Positions 1-9,544 are shown, counted from the stretch's first letter. The stretch: DNA of 64,000 bases from an uncultured Pseudomonadota bacterium (GCA_963736005.1 CAVTNB010000001.1:1664001-1728000); one strand, 5' to 3'. Numbers and translations: made by a program. Notes: generated by a model not told the origin, from the sequence alone.

Positions 1-290
1 ACGCCGAGGTTGGGCCAATTTTTATTCACGCGCGCGCATGCGAGCGCTACGCGAACTCCAGCCTTTTCCCGCCTGACTTTACAGACCGAGTGCTCACCAT
101 GAGGGGATACAACGCAGACGGCCGCATCGAGTCAGCCGAACTATCCGAGCGTGGAAACCCAGAAGCAACGATCGGCAAGCTCTTTGCCAACGCGCGCGTG
201 CAGTTCGTCCATGTCCGAAATCCGGCATGGGGTTGTTACGATTTTCGCGTGGAGCGTGAGCGGACCTATAGGTCCGCTGCTACATTTTAG
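1..290 (+). CDS. DUF1203-like protein, 5'-truncated by the window edge
   Basis: Frame open from base 3: AEVGPIFIHARACERY...LTMRGYNADG...VHVRNPAWGCY, typical DUF1203 motifs. Confidence 0.7.
   Translation, partial: AEVGPIFIHARACERYANSSLFPPDFTDRVLTMRGYNADGRIESAELSERGNPEATIGKLFANARVQFVHVRNPAWGCYDFRVERERTYRSAATF
259..283 (-). repeat. REP-like palindrome, class C (GTAGCAGCGGACC-N3-GGTCCGCT)
   Basis: agcggacctataggtccgctgctac; recurs at 27579, 31570, 37351, 54641, 57228. Confidence 0.8.
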
Positions 291-883
291 CTTCCGTAGC
301 GCGCTATTTGGCGATGGGCCACCGCGTTGCCAGGATCGATCCGCAAGACCTCACGCCAGTACTTGAGCGCGAGCGGCACGTTGCCGGCGTGCAGGCTCGA
401 CCAAGCCGCAAAATCCCAATAGAACATGGTGTCCGGCGCGAGTTGCGCGCTGCGATAGAAAGCAGCGGCCGCTGGCTCGTAATCCTTGTGCATGTAATAC
501 GTGCGGCCGAGATCGAATTCGAGCGGGGCGTACGTGGGGTTGTACGAGATCCCCTGTGTAAGGATGGAAAGTGCCAGTTGTCGCTGCGCTTCATCGGACG
601 GTGCCTTCATCATCACCAACTCTGCCCAGCCCTGCCACCCTTCGGGAATTTTCTTGTAAATGTGGGTTGACTTGATGTAGTAGTGGTATGCAGCCGGAAT
701 TTGCAGCGAACGTTCGAAGCTCAAGCCGCGATAGTACACTGAGAACGCAAAAAGCGGCCGAAAGAGAAACCACCCAATGACCACGACAAGGATCAAGATG
801 ATCCAGCGGTCGTACGTGCGGATGACGTATGGGCGGTGGTCTGCGCCGGCCACGGGAACGGTGACGACAGACTCGGACGTCAT
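287..883 (-). CDS. Membrane-anchored TPR protein
   Basis: N-terminal hydrophobic helix followed by TPR-like repeats (LGRTYY...A...P, ALKYWREVLRIDPGN); overlaps upstream gene by 4 nt. Confidence 0.75.
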   Translation of the reverse strand: MTSESVVTVPVAGADHRPYVIRTYDRWIILILVVVIGWFLFRPLFAFSVYYRGLSFERSLQIPAAYHYYIKSTHIYKKIPEGWQGWAELVMMKAPSDEAQRQLALSILTQGISYNPTYAPLEFDLGRTYYMHKDYEPAAAAFYRSAQLAPDTMFYWDFAAWSSLHAGNVPLALKYWREVLRIDPGNAVAHRQIARYGS

Positions 884-1572
884 GCGATGACCGTGAAGAA
901 GAGCGCGAGGAAGACGAGCACGTAGCCTGCGACCATTTCAGCAGCCAGATGCCATTTCTTGACTGCAGGGTGATGCATGTACCAGGGTGCAAGCGACCCG
1001 ACGAACAGGACCGGCATGCCATGCCCAATGCCGAACATGACCATCAGCATGCCTCCTAGGCCAATCTTCCCGTGAAACGTACTCACGCCAAGAGCGCCGA
1101 TCATAAAGGGCGTCGCGTCGGGTGCAATGAGGAACGCAAAGCCGACACCCAGCAAGAATGCACCAATGATGCCGTGGCCGATGACTTGGAAGCCGGGTAC
1201 TTTCCAATGAAACTCGATGAGCCTGATCATCGCGAGCCCCATGACCAGACAGAGCGCCGCTGTGAAATAGTAAAGAAAGCCCGTCATGGAAAGCAGAGCA
1301 CCGAACGAGCCTGCCATCACGCCGACCATACCGTACACTGTGCAGATGCCCACCACGAAGGCCACAGAAAGGACGATCGCTCCCCACAGACCTTTTGCTT
1401 CTTTCCCCGCATAATTGACAATCGCGACCATTCGGGGAACGCTGGAGGGGCTGAGACTACTTAAGATACCGCCGACGATCATAATGAGATATGCCAACGC
1501 TCGATGATGGTCGATGACGTCACCGATCTGCTCGGAAAACTCCCAGGGGTTGTTCAGTTGGGACCAGTCCAT
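880..1572 (-). CDS. CcdA/DsbD-beta-like membrane protein lacking both catalytic Cys
   Basis: About 6 TM segments with GILSSLSP, GAFLLGVGF and FGIGHGMP motifs; start placed at MDWSQL because the longer ORF overlaps bolA. Confidence 0.75.
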   Translation of the reverse strand: MDWSQLNNPWEFSEQIGDVIDHHRALAYLIMIVGGILSSLSPSSVPRMVAIVNYAGKEAKGLWGAIVLSVAFVVGICTVYGMVGVMAGSFGALLSMTGFLYYFTAALCLVMGLAMIRLIEFHWKVPGFQVIGHGIIGAFLLGVGFAFLIAPDATPFMIGALGVSTFHGKIGLGGMLMVMFGIGHGMPVLFVGSLAPWYMHHPAVKKWHLAAEMVAGYVLVFLALFFTVIA

Positions 1573-1671
1573 GTCTCTTTGAATTATCGGCAAACAGTGT
1601 GAGCGCGGTAGCCGCTGGATCCTGCGGGACATGGGATTCCCAGGCTTAACCCCGAAGGGCAAAGGCAACCC

Positions 1672-1905
1672 ATGATCACACATGCCGAGCTCGAAAGCCT
1701 CATTCACGCAGCGCTCCCTGACGCCACCGTCGAGACCCGGGACCGGACGGGGACACTCGATCATTACAATGTAAGAGTTGTCTCGATGCTCTTCTCCGGC
1801 AAGTCTCTGTTGGACCAGCATCGAATGGTGTATGACGCGCTCTCCGGCGCACTTAAGGATGGGCGGCTGCATGCCGTCGAGTTGAAGACGGAAGTGACAC
1901 GATGA
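1672..1905 (+). CDS. bolA: BolA family protein
   Basis: DHY-V-VVS--FSGKSLLDQHRMVY...LHAVELKT. Confidence 0.93.
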   Translation: MITHAELESLIHAALPDATVETRDRTGTLDHYNVRVVSMLFSGKSLLDQHRMVYDALSGALKDGRLHAVELKTEVTR

Positions 1906-2234
1906 CCGAAGACCTAAAGAAGCAAATTCAAGACGAAATCAGCGCGCATAAGATTCTCGTCTACGGAAAGGGCACCAAACAGGCGCCTCGCTGCGGCTTC
2001 ACCCTTGAAACCATCGACTTTTTTAATCAATTGGGGTTTCCGTTTGAAGTCAAAGACGTGCTTGCTGATAATGAGAAGCGCGAGGCCCTAACCGAGATCA
2101 CGAACTGGCCGACGCTGCCCAAGGTCTTTATCAACGGAAAGTTTTACGGCGACACGGACATCCTCGGTCCAATGGTTGAAAATGGCGAGCTCGAACGCAT
2201 CCTTACCGATGCCTTCGCAGATGCTCGCGCGTGA
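1902..2234 (+). CDS. grxD: Monothiol glutaredoxin (Grx4 type)
   Basis: KGT---PRCGFT, WPTLPKVFING; ATGA-coupled to bolA. Confidence 0.9.
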   Translation: MTEDLKKQIQDEISAHKILVYGKGTKQAPRCGFTLETIDFFNQLGFPFEVKDVLADNEKREALTEITNWPTLPKVFINGKFYGDTDILGPMVENGELERILTDAFADARA

Positions 2235-2332
2235 CGAGGCGAGCGGATATCGTTTAGCTTCCTCGAACAGTCTCTGTCCCAGGCTTGGCCCTTCTTTGAG
2301 GCCACGTCATTGATCGTTTCTTGATAAGGAAC

Positions 2333-3787
2333 ATGCGAACACTTTTCGGACGACGCGGCGCACAGGAAGCGTCGGACCCGCCGCGACCGACTCCATTGGG
2401 TGGTGCCGCCTTCACAGCGGCGGCCGTCTTGGCCATTGCTCTCTTTGTCTCTGTGTTGGGATCCGCCGTCACCTACGTTCGGGTCGATGCGGCCTACAAA
2501 CAGCAAAATGCGGTCGAAAGCGCTAAAGGGGAACTCGAAGCCCTGTTCCGCAGTCAGCTCGATGAGGAGACAAGTCTGCGCGGCTATCTCGCCTCGGGCC
2601 AGAAGGTGTTCTTAGAGCCATACACCACGGCGCAGCCCCGCTTTCGCCAAGCACTCGACGCATTGCAAAGTGACTTGGAGCAAGCGCAACTAACCGACGG
2701 CTACCCGGTCGTGTTCGATGTGCGCCACAGTCACGATTTGTGGCAGGTACAGGTTGCCAAACCACTCCTCAGCCACCCAACGGCCCCAGGCGAAATGGAG
2801 TTGTTGCAGCGCGGAAAGACCATCGTCGACCGCATTCGTTTGGACTTCACCCAGCTGAGTGATTTGCTGGATAGCCAGTCTCGCCTCGCGCAAGATGCGG
2901 TCCGGTCGCTCCTTTTGCGTGCCGCGCTCTTGACGGCCGCGCTTATTTTGCTCTTCGGAGCGATCGCCATCGTGGCAGACATCGTTCGTTCGCGCACCCA
3001 AGCGTCGTTGGAACGAGAGCGCATTGTTGGCGACACTCTGCAGCGAGCGTTTCTCAGCGGTTGGGATTCGTGTCCATACATCGAGGTTGGCACCGCCTAT
3101 GTTTCGGCGGCACGCCATCTTGCCATTGGCGGCGACCTCTTTGACGTCCACAGCGTTGACGATCATCGCTGCTTGCTGGTCGTTGCAGACGTCAGTGGCA
3201 AGGGTCTTGATGCCGCAGTTGACACAGCTTTTGTCAAGTATTCGCTTCGCTCGCTCGTGGCCGAGCATCAGGATCCATCGGTCATCCTGAAAAAGTTCAA
3301 TGCCGCGTTCCTGCGATCGGTCCGGGATGACACCTCGTTTGTCAGTCTCTTCGCCGGCGTGCTCGATGCCTCGAAGTCAACGCTGCAGTACGCGAGCGCC
3401 GGGCACTCTCCCGTGTATCTCCGACGCGACGACGACGTGCGGCAATTGCCCGTCACCGGCCCGCTCGTTGGCCTGCGCATCGAAGACGATTTCGCCTCGG
3501 CAACAGAGACGCTTGCGCCGCACGATATTATCGTGCTCTCCACCGACGGGTTCACGGAGGCGCGCGACACGGCCGGGATGATGATCGACGACGCGGGCGC
3601 CATGCGCATCATCCGAGAAGCGCCACAGCCACCTCAAGAAATGGCCGACTTCATTGTGGCGGCAGTCACCCGGGCATCCGGCGGCCGAATCGCGGATGAC
3701 CTAGCGCTCCTCGTGGTCGAGCTTACCGGGACCGGAGTTGAGCAAACCCCGGCGCCGCAAGGGTTTGCGACGACGGTTGGGGCGTAG
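2333..3787 (+). CDS. CHASE3 sensor plus PP2C/SpoIIE phosphatase
   Basis: TM-[DEETSLRGYL...FLEPY]-TM, then GGDLFD, VADVSGKG, SAGH, STDGFTE, DDLA; SD AAGGA before ATG 2333. Confidence 0.9.
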   Translation: MRTLFGRRGAQEASDPPRPTPLGGAAFTAAAVLAIALFVSVLGSAVTYVRVDAAYKQQNAVESAKGELEALFRSQLDEETSLRGYLASGQKVFLEPYTTAQPRFRQALDALQSDLEQAQLTDGYPVVFDVRHSHDLWQVQVAKPLLSHPTAPGEMELLQRGKTIVDRIRLDFTQLSDLLDSQSRLAQDAVRSLLLRAALLTAALILLFGAIAIVADIVRSRTQASLERERIVGDTLQRAFLSGWDSCPYIEVGTAYVSAARHLAIGGDLFDVHSVDDHRCLLVVADVSGKGLDAAVDTAFVKYSLRSLVAEHQDPSVILKKFNAAFLRSVRDDTSFVSLFAGVLDASKSTLQYASAGHSPVYLRRDDDVRQLPVTGPLVGLRIEDDFASATETLAPHDIIVLSTDGFTEARDTAGMMIDDAGAMRIIREAPQPPQEMADFIVAAVTRASGGRIADDLALLVVELTGTGVEQTPAPQGFATTVGA

Positions 3788-3793
3788 GCGCGC

Positions 3794-4003
3794 GTGCGTT
3801 CGGGCTTAACGTGCGAGGACTGTGGCGAGGTCCTGTGGCTCAGCCAGGGTCCCGTGAACGTGCGCTGGCTGCGCGATCGCGAGCATGTCCTCCGCGAGGT
3901 GGCCGAACACTCCACCTCGGGTCTTGAGACCTGGATGAACGAAGGCTTGGCCTTTTTGGACGAGCATCGCGGTCACGGCATCATCGTCGTCACGGAGCAA
4001 TAA
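3794..4003 (+). CDS. Small putative Zn-binding protein (CxxC...HxxH)
   Basis: 69 aa with CEDC and HRGH; 6 nt after the phosphatase stop and followed by a terminator. Confidence 0.65.
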   Translation: MRSGLTCEDCGEVLWLSQGPVNVRWLRDREHVLREVAEHSTSGLETWMNEGLAFLDEHRGHGIIVVTEQ

Positions 4004-4031
4004 AAAAGAGCGAAGGACAACTTCGCTCTTT
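4002..4031. terminator. Intrinsic, probably bidirectional terminator
   Basis: 11-bp stem AAAGAGCGAAG-gacaa-CTTCGCTCTTT with an A-tract on the left and T-rich sequence on the right, between convergent ORFs. Confidence 0.85.
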
Positions 4032-4062
4032 GGTTTCTTGATTGGCTAGAAGTGACGTAGCG

Positions 4063-4110
4063 TTATTTCTTTTTCTTGGTCTTCTTCGCAGCCTTCTTCT
4101 TCTTTGCCAT
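4063..4110 (-). CDS. 15-aa Lys-rich micropeptide MAKKKKAAKKTKKKK
   Basis: ATG 6 nt after SD GGAGGTGG (4117-4124), TAA stop, terminator downstream. Confidence 0.7.
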   Translation of the reverse strand: MAKKKKAAKKTKKKK

Positions 4111-4202
4111 TAATTACCACCTCCATTCTGCGGAGTAATGGGGTGAGTCGCTCACTTTATGAGCATGTCTCATGTAGTTGCTCGTTGCGTTGAAAGATTC
4201 CT

Positions 4203-5255
4203 TCAGGTGTGAATGTGCTCGTTGACGCGATCGCGCAGTGGTGTTCCCGAGCGCTTGTACTTTGCTGCAATCATTTCCGCGAGAATTGCAACGGCAATTT
4301 CTTCCGGCGATTGAGAACCGATGTCGAGTCCGATGGGACCATGCAATCGAGACACGACATCTGGATCAAGGCCTGCATCGCGCAATCGTTCGCGCCGAAG
4401 CGCTTGCGTTTTTTTCGATCCGATTGCGCCGACGTAGCAGGCGGGCGTTGGTAAAACTCGGATGAGCGTTGGATCGTCAAACTTTTCATCGTGGGTCAGC
4501 ACTGCGACGTAGGTGTTGTCATCCATGACGAGCTTGGGCAGCGCATCCTCTGGCCACTCAACCATGAGTTCCCGCGCATCTGGGAAGCGATCGCGATTGC
4601 ACAGCGTCGGGCGCGGATCGATCACAGTCACGGAGAAGCCCGCCACTGCTGCCATCCTGCACAGGGCCACCGCGATATGGACGGCGCCGACCAGGAGCAG
4701 GCGCGCTTCGGGCACGTTGACGTCGACAAAGACGTCGTACGCCCCGGCAGTGATGGTTTTCGACTGACCGGAGTCCATCAGCGCTTGGGCCGCTTGCAGC
4801 ACGTTCGACTGCAACGTGGCGTCGTCGAAGCCGCCACGAAGCTGACCATCGCCATAGGTAAGAATTCTCTGCCCGATGCGGTTTGGTCCGCGGACGATCG
4901 TGCAGATCGCTGATGCATGCTGCGGCCGAGCATCCGGTAGGAGCTGCGGTAGAGGCTCTATGAAGACGTCAATCGCTCCGCCGCACGACAGGCCGATCTC
5001 CCACATCATGCTGCGATTGATTCCGTAGTGCTCGATGCTGGGCGTGCCGGACGCCAGCACGTCCATGGCTGCCTGGGCGACCGCAGATTCAACGCAACCG
5101 CCGCTGACGGATCCAACGGTTTTTCCGGCGCGGGTGATCGCCATCTTGGCACCCTCGCCCCGCGGCGCCGACCCGTCGACGTTGATGACGGTTGCAAGTG
5201 CTATCTGTTCGCCGTCTTGGCGCCAACGTTCGATGGTGTCGCTGATGTCGTTCAT
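4203..5255 (-). CDS. XdhC/CoxF-CoxI family molybdoenzyme maturation protein
   Basis: GSAPR-GAKM, GSVSGGCVE, CGG, YVGAIGS, GPIGLDIG--PEEIAVAILAE. Confidence 0.92.
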   Translation of the reverse strand: MNDISDTIERWRQDGEQIALATVINVDGSAPRGEGAKMAITRAGKTVGSVSGGCVESAVAQAAMDVLASGTPSIEHYGINRSMMWEIGLSCGGAIDVFIEPLPQLLPDARPQHASAICTIVRGPNRIGQRILTYGDGQLRGGFDDATLQSNVLQAAQALMDSGQSKTITAGAYDVFVDVNVPEARLLLVGAVHIAVALCRMAAVAGFSVTVIDPRPTLCNRDRFPDARELMVEWPEDALPKLVMDDNTYVAVLTHDEKFDDPTLIRVLPTPACYVGAIGSKKTQALRRERLRDAGLDPDVVSRLHGPIGLDIGSQSPEEIAVAILAEMIAAKYKRSGTPLRDRVNEHIHT

Positions 5256-5280
5256 GGGCATCTCCAACGTGCGTGGCGTT

Positions 5281-6513
5281 TCATCCGGCCTCTTCGAGCA
5301 CAGAAAGCTGCCGGCGCACTGGTCGACGCCTGTCGACAGCGCGCAACGTCAAGACAAGCTGCACCAAGCTCTTGAGATTGTGGGCGGGCAGAAAGTCGTC
5401 GATGAACGGCAGCGCCGCCCGCATGCCCACGGTCTGCGGCCGGTAGTTTGTGGCGCCGAGCAGCGGATTCAACCAGATGAGCCGGAACGCGGAACGCTGC
5501 AGCCGCTGCATCTCGCGCGCCAGAAGCCCAATGTCGCCGCGATCCCAGCCGTCGCTGATGATGATGACGATGGCACCCCGGGCGAGCACGCGTCGTGCCC
5601 AGCGCACGTTGAACTCGCGCAGGCATTCACCGATGCGCGTGCCACCGCCCCAGTCGGCGACCGTGGCGGCAACGTGGTTGAGCGCTTCGTTAACGTCGCG
5701 CTGTCGGAGCTGCCGCGTGATGCGCGTCAGTCTGGTACCAAAGACGAACGCCTCGACCTTGCCGATCGAGTGGCGCATCACATGGATGAATTGCAACAGC
5801 AAGCGCGAGTAGCGATCCATCGAGCCAGAGATATCGCACAGCAAGACGACGTCTCGCTGCCGCAACCGCGGCGTTCGGGTGCGCAGCTGCATGGTCTCGC
5901 CATAGTGCCGCAAACTCGCTCGCAACGTTCTGCGCGGATCGAACGCGCCACCGTGACCGGGCGCTGTTCGCCGCGATGCTCGCATCCCAAATTCCAGGCG
6001 CTTGTGTTTGGCAAGCTCGTGCGCCAGTTCGAGTTCCGTCTCGCTCAATTTCGAAAAATCTTTTTCCCCAAGCGCTTCGGCGAAGCTGTAGGTGAAACTA
6101 CGATCGCCCTGCTGGACGATCCGAGCGCCCGCTGCGTCACCCGCTGCCAAGGGTGGCGATGCAGTTGCGCGCGATTCGCGGGTTTTTTCTGCGTTTGCGG
6201 GAGGCCGCGGCTCGTCTGGCTCTCGACCGGTGGCAGGCTCGCCATCGTTGGTCCGAGAGGGTTCAGCTTTTTCCAAAGCCTTCGGGAGACCCGACCAAAA
6301 CGCGTCAAAGGCGGCATCGAAGCGACGCTGCTCGTCGGCATTGCGCACGAACACGCAGCGGCCGGCCTGCTTCACGTCATCGCGAGAGGCAAAACCAATT
6401 TGGCCAAGTGAGCGCGCGAACAAGACGATGCGATCGGGCTGGGCACCAAGTCCGAGCGCACGCAGCAGTCGACCAAACACGATGCAGTTGGCAGCTATGG
6501 CCGAGTCGCTCAC
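5281..6513 (-). CDS. coxE: CoxE-like VWA domain protein
   Basis: MIDAS DISGSM, GGGTRIG, IISDGWD, WLNPL. Confidence 0.88.
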   Translation of the reverse strand: MSDSAIAANCIVFGRLLRALGLGAQPDRIVLFARSLGQIGFASRDDVKQAGRCVFVRNADEQRRFDAAFDAFWSGLPKALEKAEPSRTNDGEPATGREPDEPRPPANAEKTRESRATASPPLAAGDAAGARIVQQGDRSFTYSFAEALGEKDFSKLSETELELAHELAKHKRLEFGMRASRRTAPGHGGAFDPRRTLRASLRHYGETMQLRTRTPRLRQRDVVLLCDISGSMDRYSRLLLQFIHVMRHSIGKVEAFVFGTRLTRITRQLRQRDVNEALNHVAATVADWGGGTRIGECLREFNVRWARRVLARGAIVIIISDGWDRGDIGLLAREMQRLQRSAFRLIWLNPLLGATNYRPQTVGMRAALPFIDDFLPAHNLKSLVQLVLTLRAVDRRRPVRRQLSVLEEAG

Positions 6514-7424
6514 GCAAGCGCCACCTTACGCGCCTCGACGACTCGGGCGGCGAGGTCGTGTTGTCTCACCTTTTTGACGTCTTCTTGATATTTGAGCAAG
6601 GCGCCAATAGTTTGAGCGACGACCGCTTCATCGAGCGTCTTTTGCCCCAAGGCGAGCAGGGCCGCGGCCCAATCGATCGTTTCGGCGATGCCTGGTTGTT
6701 TGTAGAGCGAATCCGATCGAAGCGAGGCAACGAACGCAGCCGCCTCGCGCGCAAGCGTCCAGCTGATGCCCGGAACGCGTGCTTCGGTGATTTGCGCTTC
6801 GCGGGCGAGGTCTGGATAGTCAATCCAGTGGTACAGACAGCGTCGCTTGAGGGCGTCGTGCACTTCGCGCGTCCGATTGCTTGTGAGAATGGCAATCGGG
6901 GGGCGTCGCGCCTTAAACGTGCCGATTTCTGGGACCGTGATGGAGTAGTCGGAAAGCAACTCGAGCAGATAGGCTTCGAACTCCTCATCCGCACGATCGA
7001 TCTCATCGATGAGCAGCACGGCGGGGAGTTCGTCAGAATCGTCAATGGCTTGCAGCAGTGGTCGCTTGATCAAAAACTCCGGCCCGAAGATTTCACGCTC
7101 GGTCGAGTCCGACGCTGCCAAGGTCCCGCGCGCTTCGGCCAACCGAATGTGCAGGATTTGGCGCGCATAGTTCCATTCGTAGACCGCGTGGTTGACGTCC
7201 AGCCCTTCATAGCACTGCAGGCGTATCAAACGACGTCCCATGCCGGCCGCGAGCACTTTGGCCACTTCGGTCTTTCCGACGCCGGCCTCGCCCTCCAAGA
7301 ACAGTGGCTTGCTCAACTGTAGGCTTAAGAAGATCGACACCGCGAGGTTTCGATCGGCTATGTACCGATGCTCGGCGAGCAGCCGGCTCACGTCGTCGAT
7401 CGACTGTGGTTGCATGATGGTCAT
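6510..7424 (-). CDS. coxD: CoxD-like MoxR AAA+ ATPase
   Basis: LEGEAGVGKT, RLQCYEGLD, LLIDEIDRADEEFEA, DALKRRCLY. Confidence 0.9.
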   Translation of the reverse strand: MTIMQPQSIDDVSRLLAEHRYIADRNLAVSIFLSLQLSKPLFLEGEAGVGKTEVAKVLAAGMGRRLIRLQCYEGLDVNHAVYEWNYARQILHIRLAEARGTLAASDSTEREIFGPEFLIKRPLLQAIDDSDELPAVLLIDEIDRADEEFEAYLLELLSDYSITVPEIGTFKARRPPIAILTSNRTREVHDALKRRCLYHWIDYPDLAREAQITEARVPGISWTLAREAAAFVASLRSDSLYKQPGIAETIDWAAALLALGQKTLDEAVVAQTIGALLKYQEDVKKVRQHDLAARVVEARKVALA

Positions 7425-7496
7425 GGGAGGTTAGTTTTTTCACTACGGGAGAGTCGCTTGCCTGCGCGAAGCTGCGTCACAAGGAGAGCAACAAGG

Positions 7497-8261
7497 ATGA
7501 ACTTAGAGTTGAGAAATCGCGTGGCGCTCGTTGCTGCATCGAGCAGCGGCCTGGGTCGCGCGTGCGCAGAAGCGTTGGCGGCCGAGGGAGCTCGGGTCGT
7601 GGTATCGAGTCGAAACATCGACAAAGCGCAGGCGGCAGCGGATGAAATTGCCGAGCGCACCAACTCCGAAACCGCGGCATTTGCCTGCGATCTTGCGCAG
7701 CCGGAAGAGCCCGCGCAGCTCGTCGCTCGTTGCGTCGCCAAGTTTGGCGGCCTGGATGTGCTCGTGACCAACGCAGGCGGTCCGCCGGCGGGTGGTTTCG
7801 CGGATTTTGACGATGATGCGTGGGAACGCGCCGTGCAGCTGACACTGTTTTCCGTTGTGCGCTTGGTTCGCGCGGCCTTGCCCCACCTAAAGGCGAGTGG
7901 TCGCGGGAGGATCGTTAATCTTTCGTCCACGTCGGTGAAAGAACCGATCGATAACTTGTTGCTCAGCAATAGCGTGCGGCCGGCGGTCATTGGCCTCGCT
8001 CGCACGCTTGCGCGCGAAGTCGCGCCGCTCGGTATCACCGTCAACAACGTATGTCCTGGGAGAATTCGCACCCAGCGCCTGATGGCATTATATGGCAGCC
8101 AGGAGGCGATCGCTAAGGCAGCGGCCCAAATCCCAATCGGCCGCCTCGGCGAGCCGAGTGATTTCGCTCCGTTGGTTGTTTTTCTCGCGGGTGCGTCCGC
8201 GGGCTATATCACCGGACAAACGATCTGCGTTGACGGCGGCCTCACGCGCACACTTATGTAG
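7497..8261 (+). CDS. Short-chain dehydrogenase/reductase
   Basis: ASSSGLG, NAGGPP, ITVNNVCPG, VDGG. Confidence 0.92.
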   Translation: MNLELRNRVALVAASSSGLGRACAEALAAEGARVVVSSRNIDKAQAAADEIAERTNSETAAFACDLAQPEEPAQLVARCVAKFGGLDVLVTNAGGPPAGGFADFDDDAWERAVQLTLFSVVRLVRAALPHLKASGRGRIVNLSSTSVKEPIDNLLLSNSVRPAVIGLARTLAREVAPLGITVNNVCPGRIRTQRLMALYGSQEAIAKAAAQIPIGRLGEPSDFAPLVVFLAGASAGYITGQTICVDGGLTRTLM

Positions 8262-8316
8262 GAGACGATCGACCCACAAGGCAGGGCGGCTTGGCGCGCT
8301 TCGCAAACAAGCGCAC

Positions 8317-8838
8317 GTGTTTCGCTGGCTAATCGGCGGCCTCGTGGTGGTCGCCGTTGTCGTCCTCATCGCAGCTCTGTATCCAAATGAGAATGCCCCG
8401 GATCGCGGGCCCTCGCAGGTGATTGGCACGCGACTTCCGGCGGTAACGCTGCCAGGCCTACATGGACCGCAACTCAACACGGGCGCTCTGCCCGGGCGGC
8501 CGGTGCTTGTCAACGTGTGGGCGACGTGGTGCGGTCCGTGCCGGCGCGAGATGCCGGCTTTGACATTACTCGCCCATAAGATGGCGCCGCGCCTGACAGT
8601 CATCGCAATCGATCAGGGAGAAGATGCCCGAGTGGTGAACGCTTACGTCAAGCAGTTTGGCGTCGATTTTCCGATCTACCTTGACCGCGATCAGCGCATG
8701 GGAACGATGCTCCATCTTGTTGGCCTCCCAAGTTCTTTTTTTATCGATCAAAATGGTGTGGTCCGAGATGCGGTGGATGGCGAAATGACCTTTCAAATCA
8801 TGAGCGACAAAGCACAACGCCTGGTAGCTGGCGGGTAG
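8317..8838 (+). CDS. TlpA/ResA-family thiol-disulfide reductase
   Basis: N-terminal anchor, VNVWATWCGPC; start approximate. Confidence 0.88.
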   Translation: MFRWLIGGLVVVAVVVLIAALYPNENAPDRGPSQVIGTRLPAVTLPGLHGPQLNTGALPGRPVLVNVWATWCGPCRREMPALTLLAHKMAPRLTVIAIDQGEDARVVNAYVKQFGVDFPIYLDRDQRMGTMLHLVGLPSSFFIDQNGVVRDAVDGEMTFQIMSDKAQRLVAGG

Positions 8839-8859
8839 CAGCGTCGAACGGAGCAGCAG

Positions 8860-9540
8860 TTGAACATCCATGCGTTCGTGTCATCCCCCACGGTGAAAGC
8901 CTTTGTGCTCGCGTGTATCGGGGTTTTCCTGATTGCTGTTGTCGCTACCGGCGGCTGTAGTAGTTCATCGTCGCCACCAAACCCTACCGGCTCGTCGTCA
9001 CCAACCGTGGCACCATCGGGTTCCCCAACGCCGACACCCTCGCCGACGCCAACGGCAAATTATTTCGTTGCGCTCGAATATCCAAGCGTGCCTCCGACCA
9101 CGGATCCAACCTACGGTGTGGTGCAAGGGTACGCGCAGCTCGCCACCCCACCCGCACAGTCGCCGTCACCTTCGCCCATTCCGACCATCAGCTCGCAGCT
9201 TGTGACCGTTCACTGCAATCAAAATATTGAGTTCTACAACGTCGATCGCACGTCACCGCACACCGCATCGCTGTTAGGAACTGCAAACGGAACGAATTGG
9301 CCGGCTACCTTCAACAACACTAGCGGCACGATCGCAAGCCCGCTGCTCACGCCCATCAACTATCCAGAATTCTCCTCAGGTTCGATGACGGCGTATGGCG
9401 GCACGGTCGGCTGGTTCTCGCTTGTGTACTCGACCGGTAACGTAGCTGGAGCGTACTATTTCGGCGACAAGTACGACTACACGCCAATATTTCCGGGTTT
9501 CCCTCAAATGAGAACGGTTATTAGCGTCCTCTGCCCATAA
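8860..9540 (+). CDS. Pro/Ser-rich lipoprotein with a cupredoxin-like C-terminal domain (non-canonical ligands)
   Basis: Lipobox-like TGGC; HTAS...FSSG...YYFGD...MRTV aligns with the downstream paralog. Confidence 0.7.
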   Translation: MNIHAFVSSPTVKAFVLACIGVFLIAVVATGGCSSSSSPPNPTGSSSPTVAPSGSPTPTPSPTPTANYFVALEYPSVPPTTDPTYGVVQGYAQLATPPAQSPSPSPIPTISSQLVTVHCNQNIEFYNVDRTSPHTASLLGTANGTNWPATFNNTSGTIASPLLTPINYPEFSSGSMTAYGGTVGWFSLVYSTGNVAGAYYFGDKYDYTPIFPGFPQMRTVISVLCP

Positions 9541-9544
9541 GCAC

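Noticed and set aside
5035..7322. Long plus-strand ORFs (458 and 389 aa)
   Set aside because: Antisense shadows of coxE/coxD in GC-rich DNA with no motifs
4203..7424. CO dehydrogenase cluster
   Set aside because: Only accessory coxD/coxE/xdhC genes; no coxL/M/S in the window, so the client enzyme is unknown
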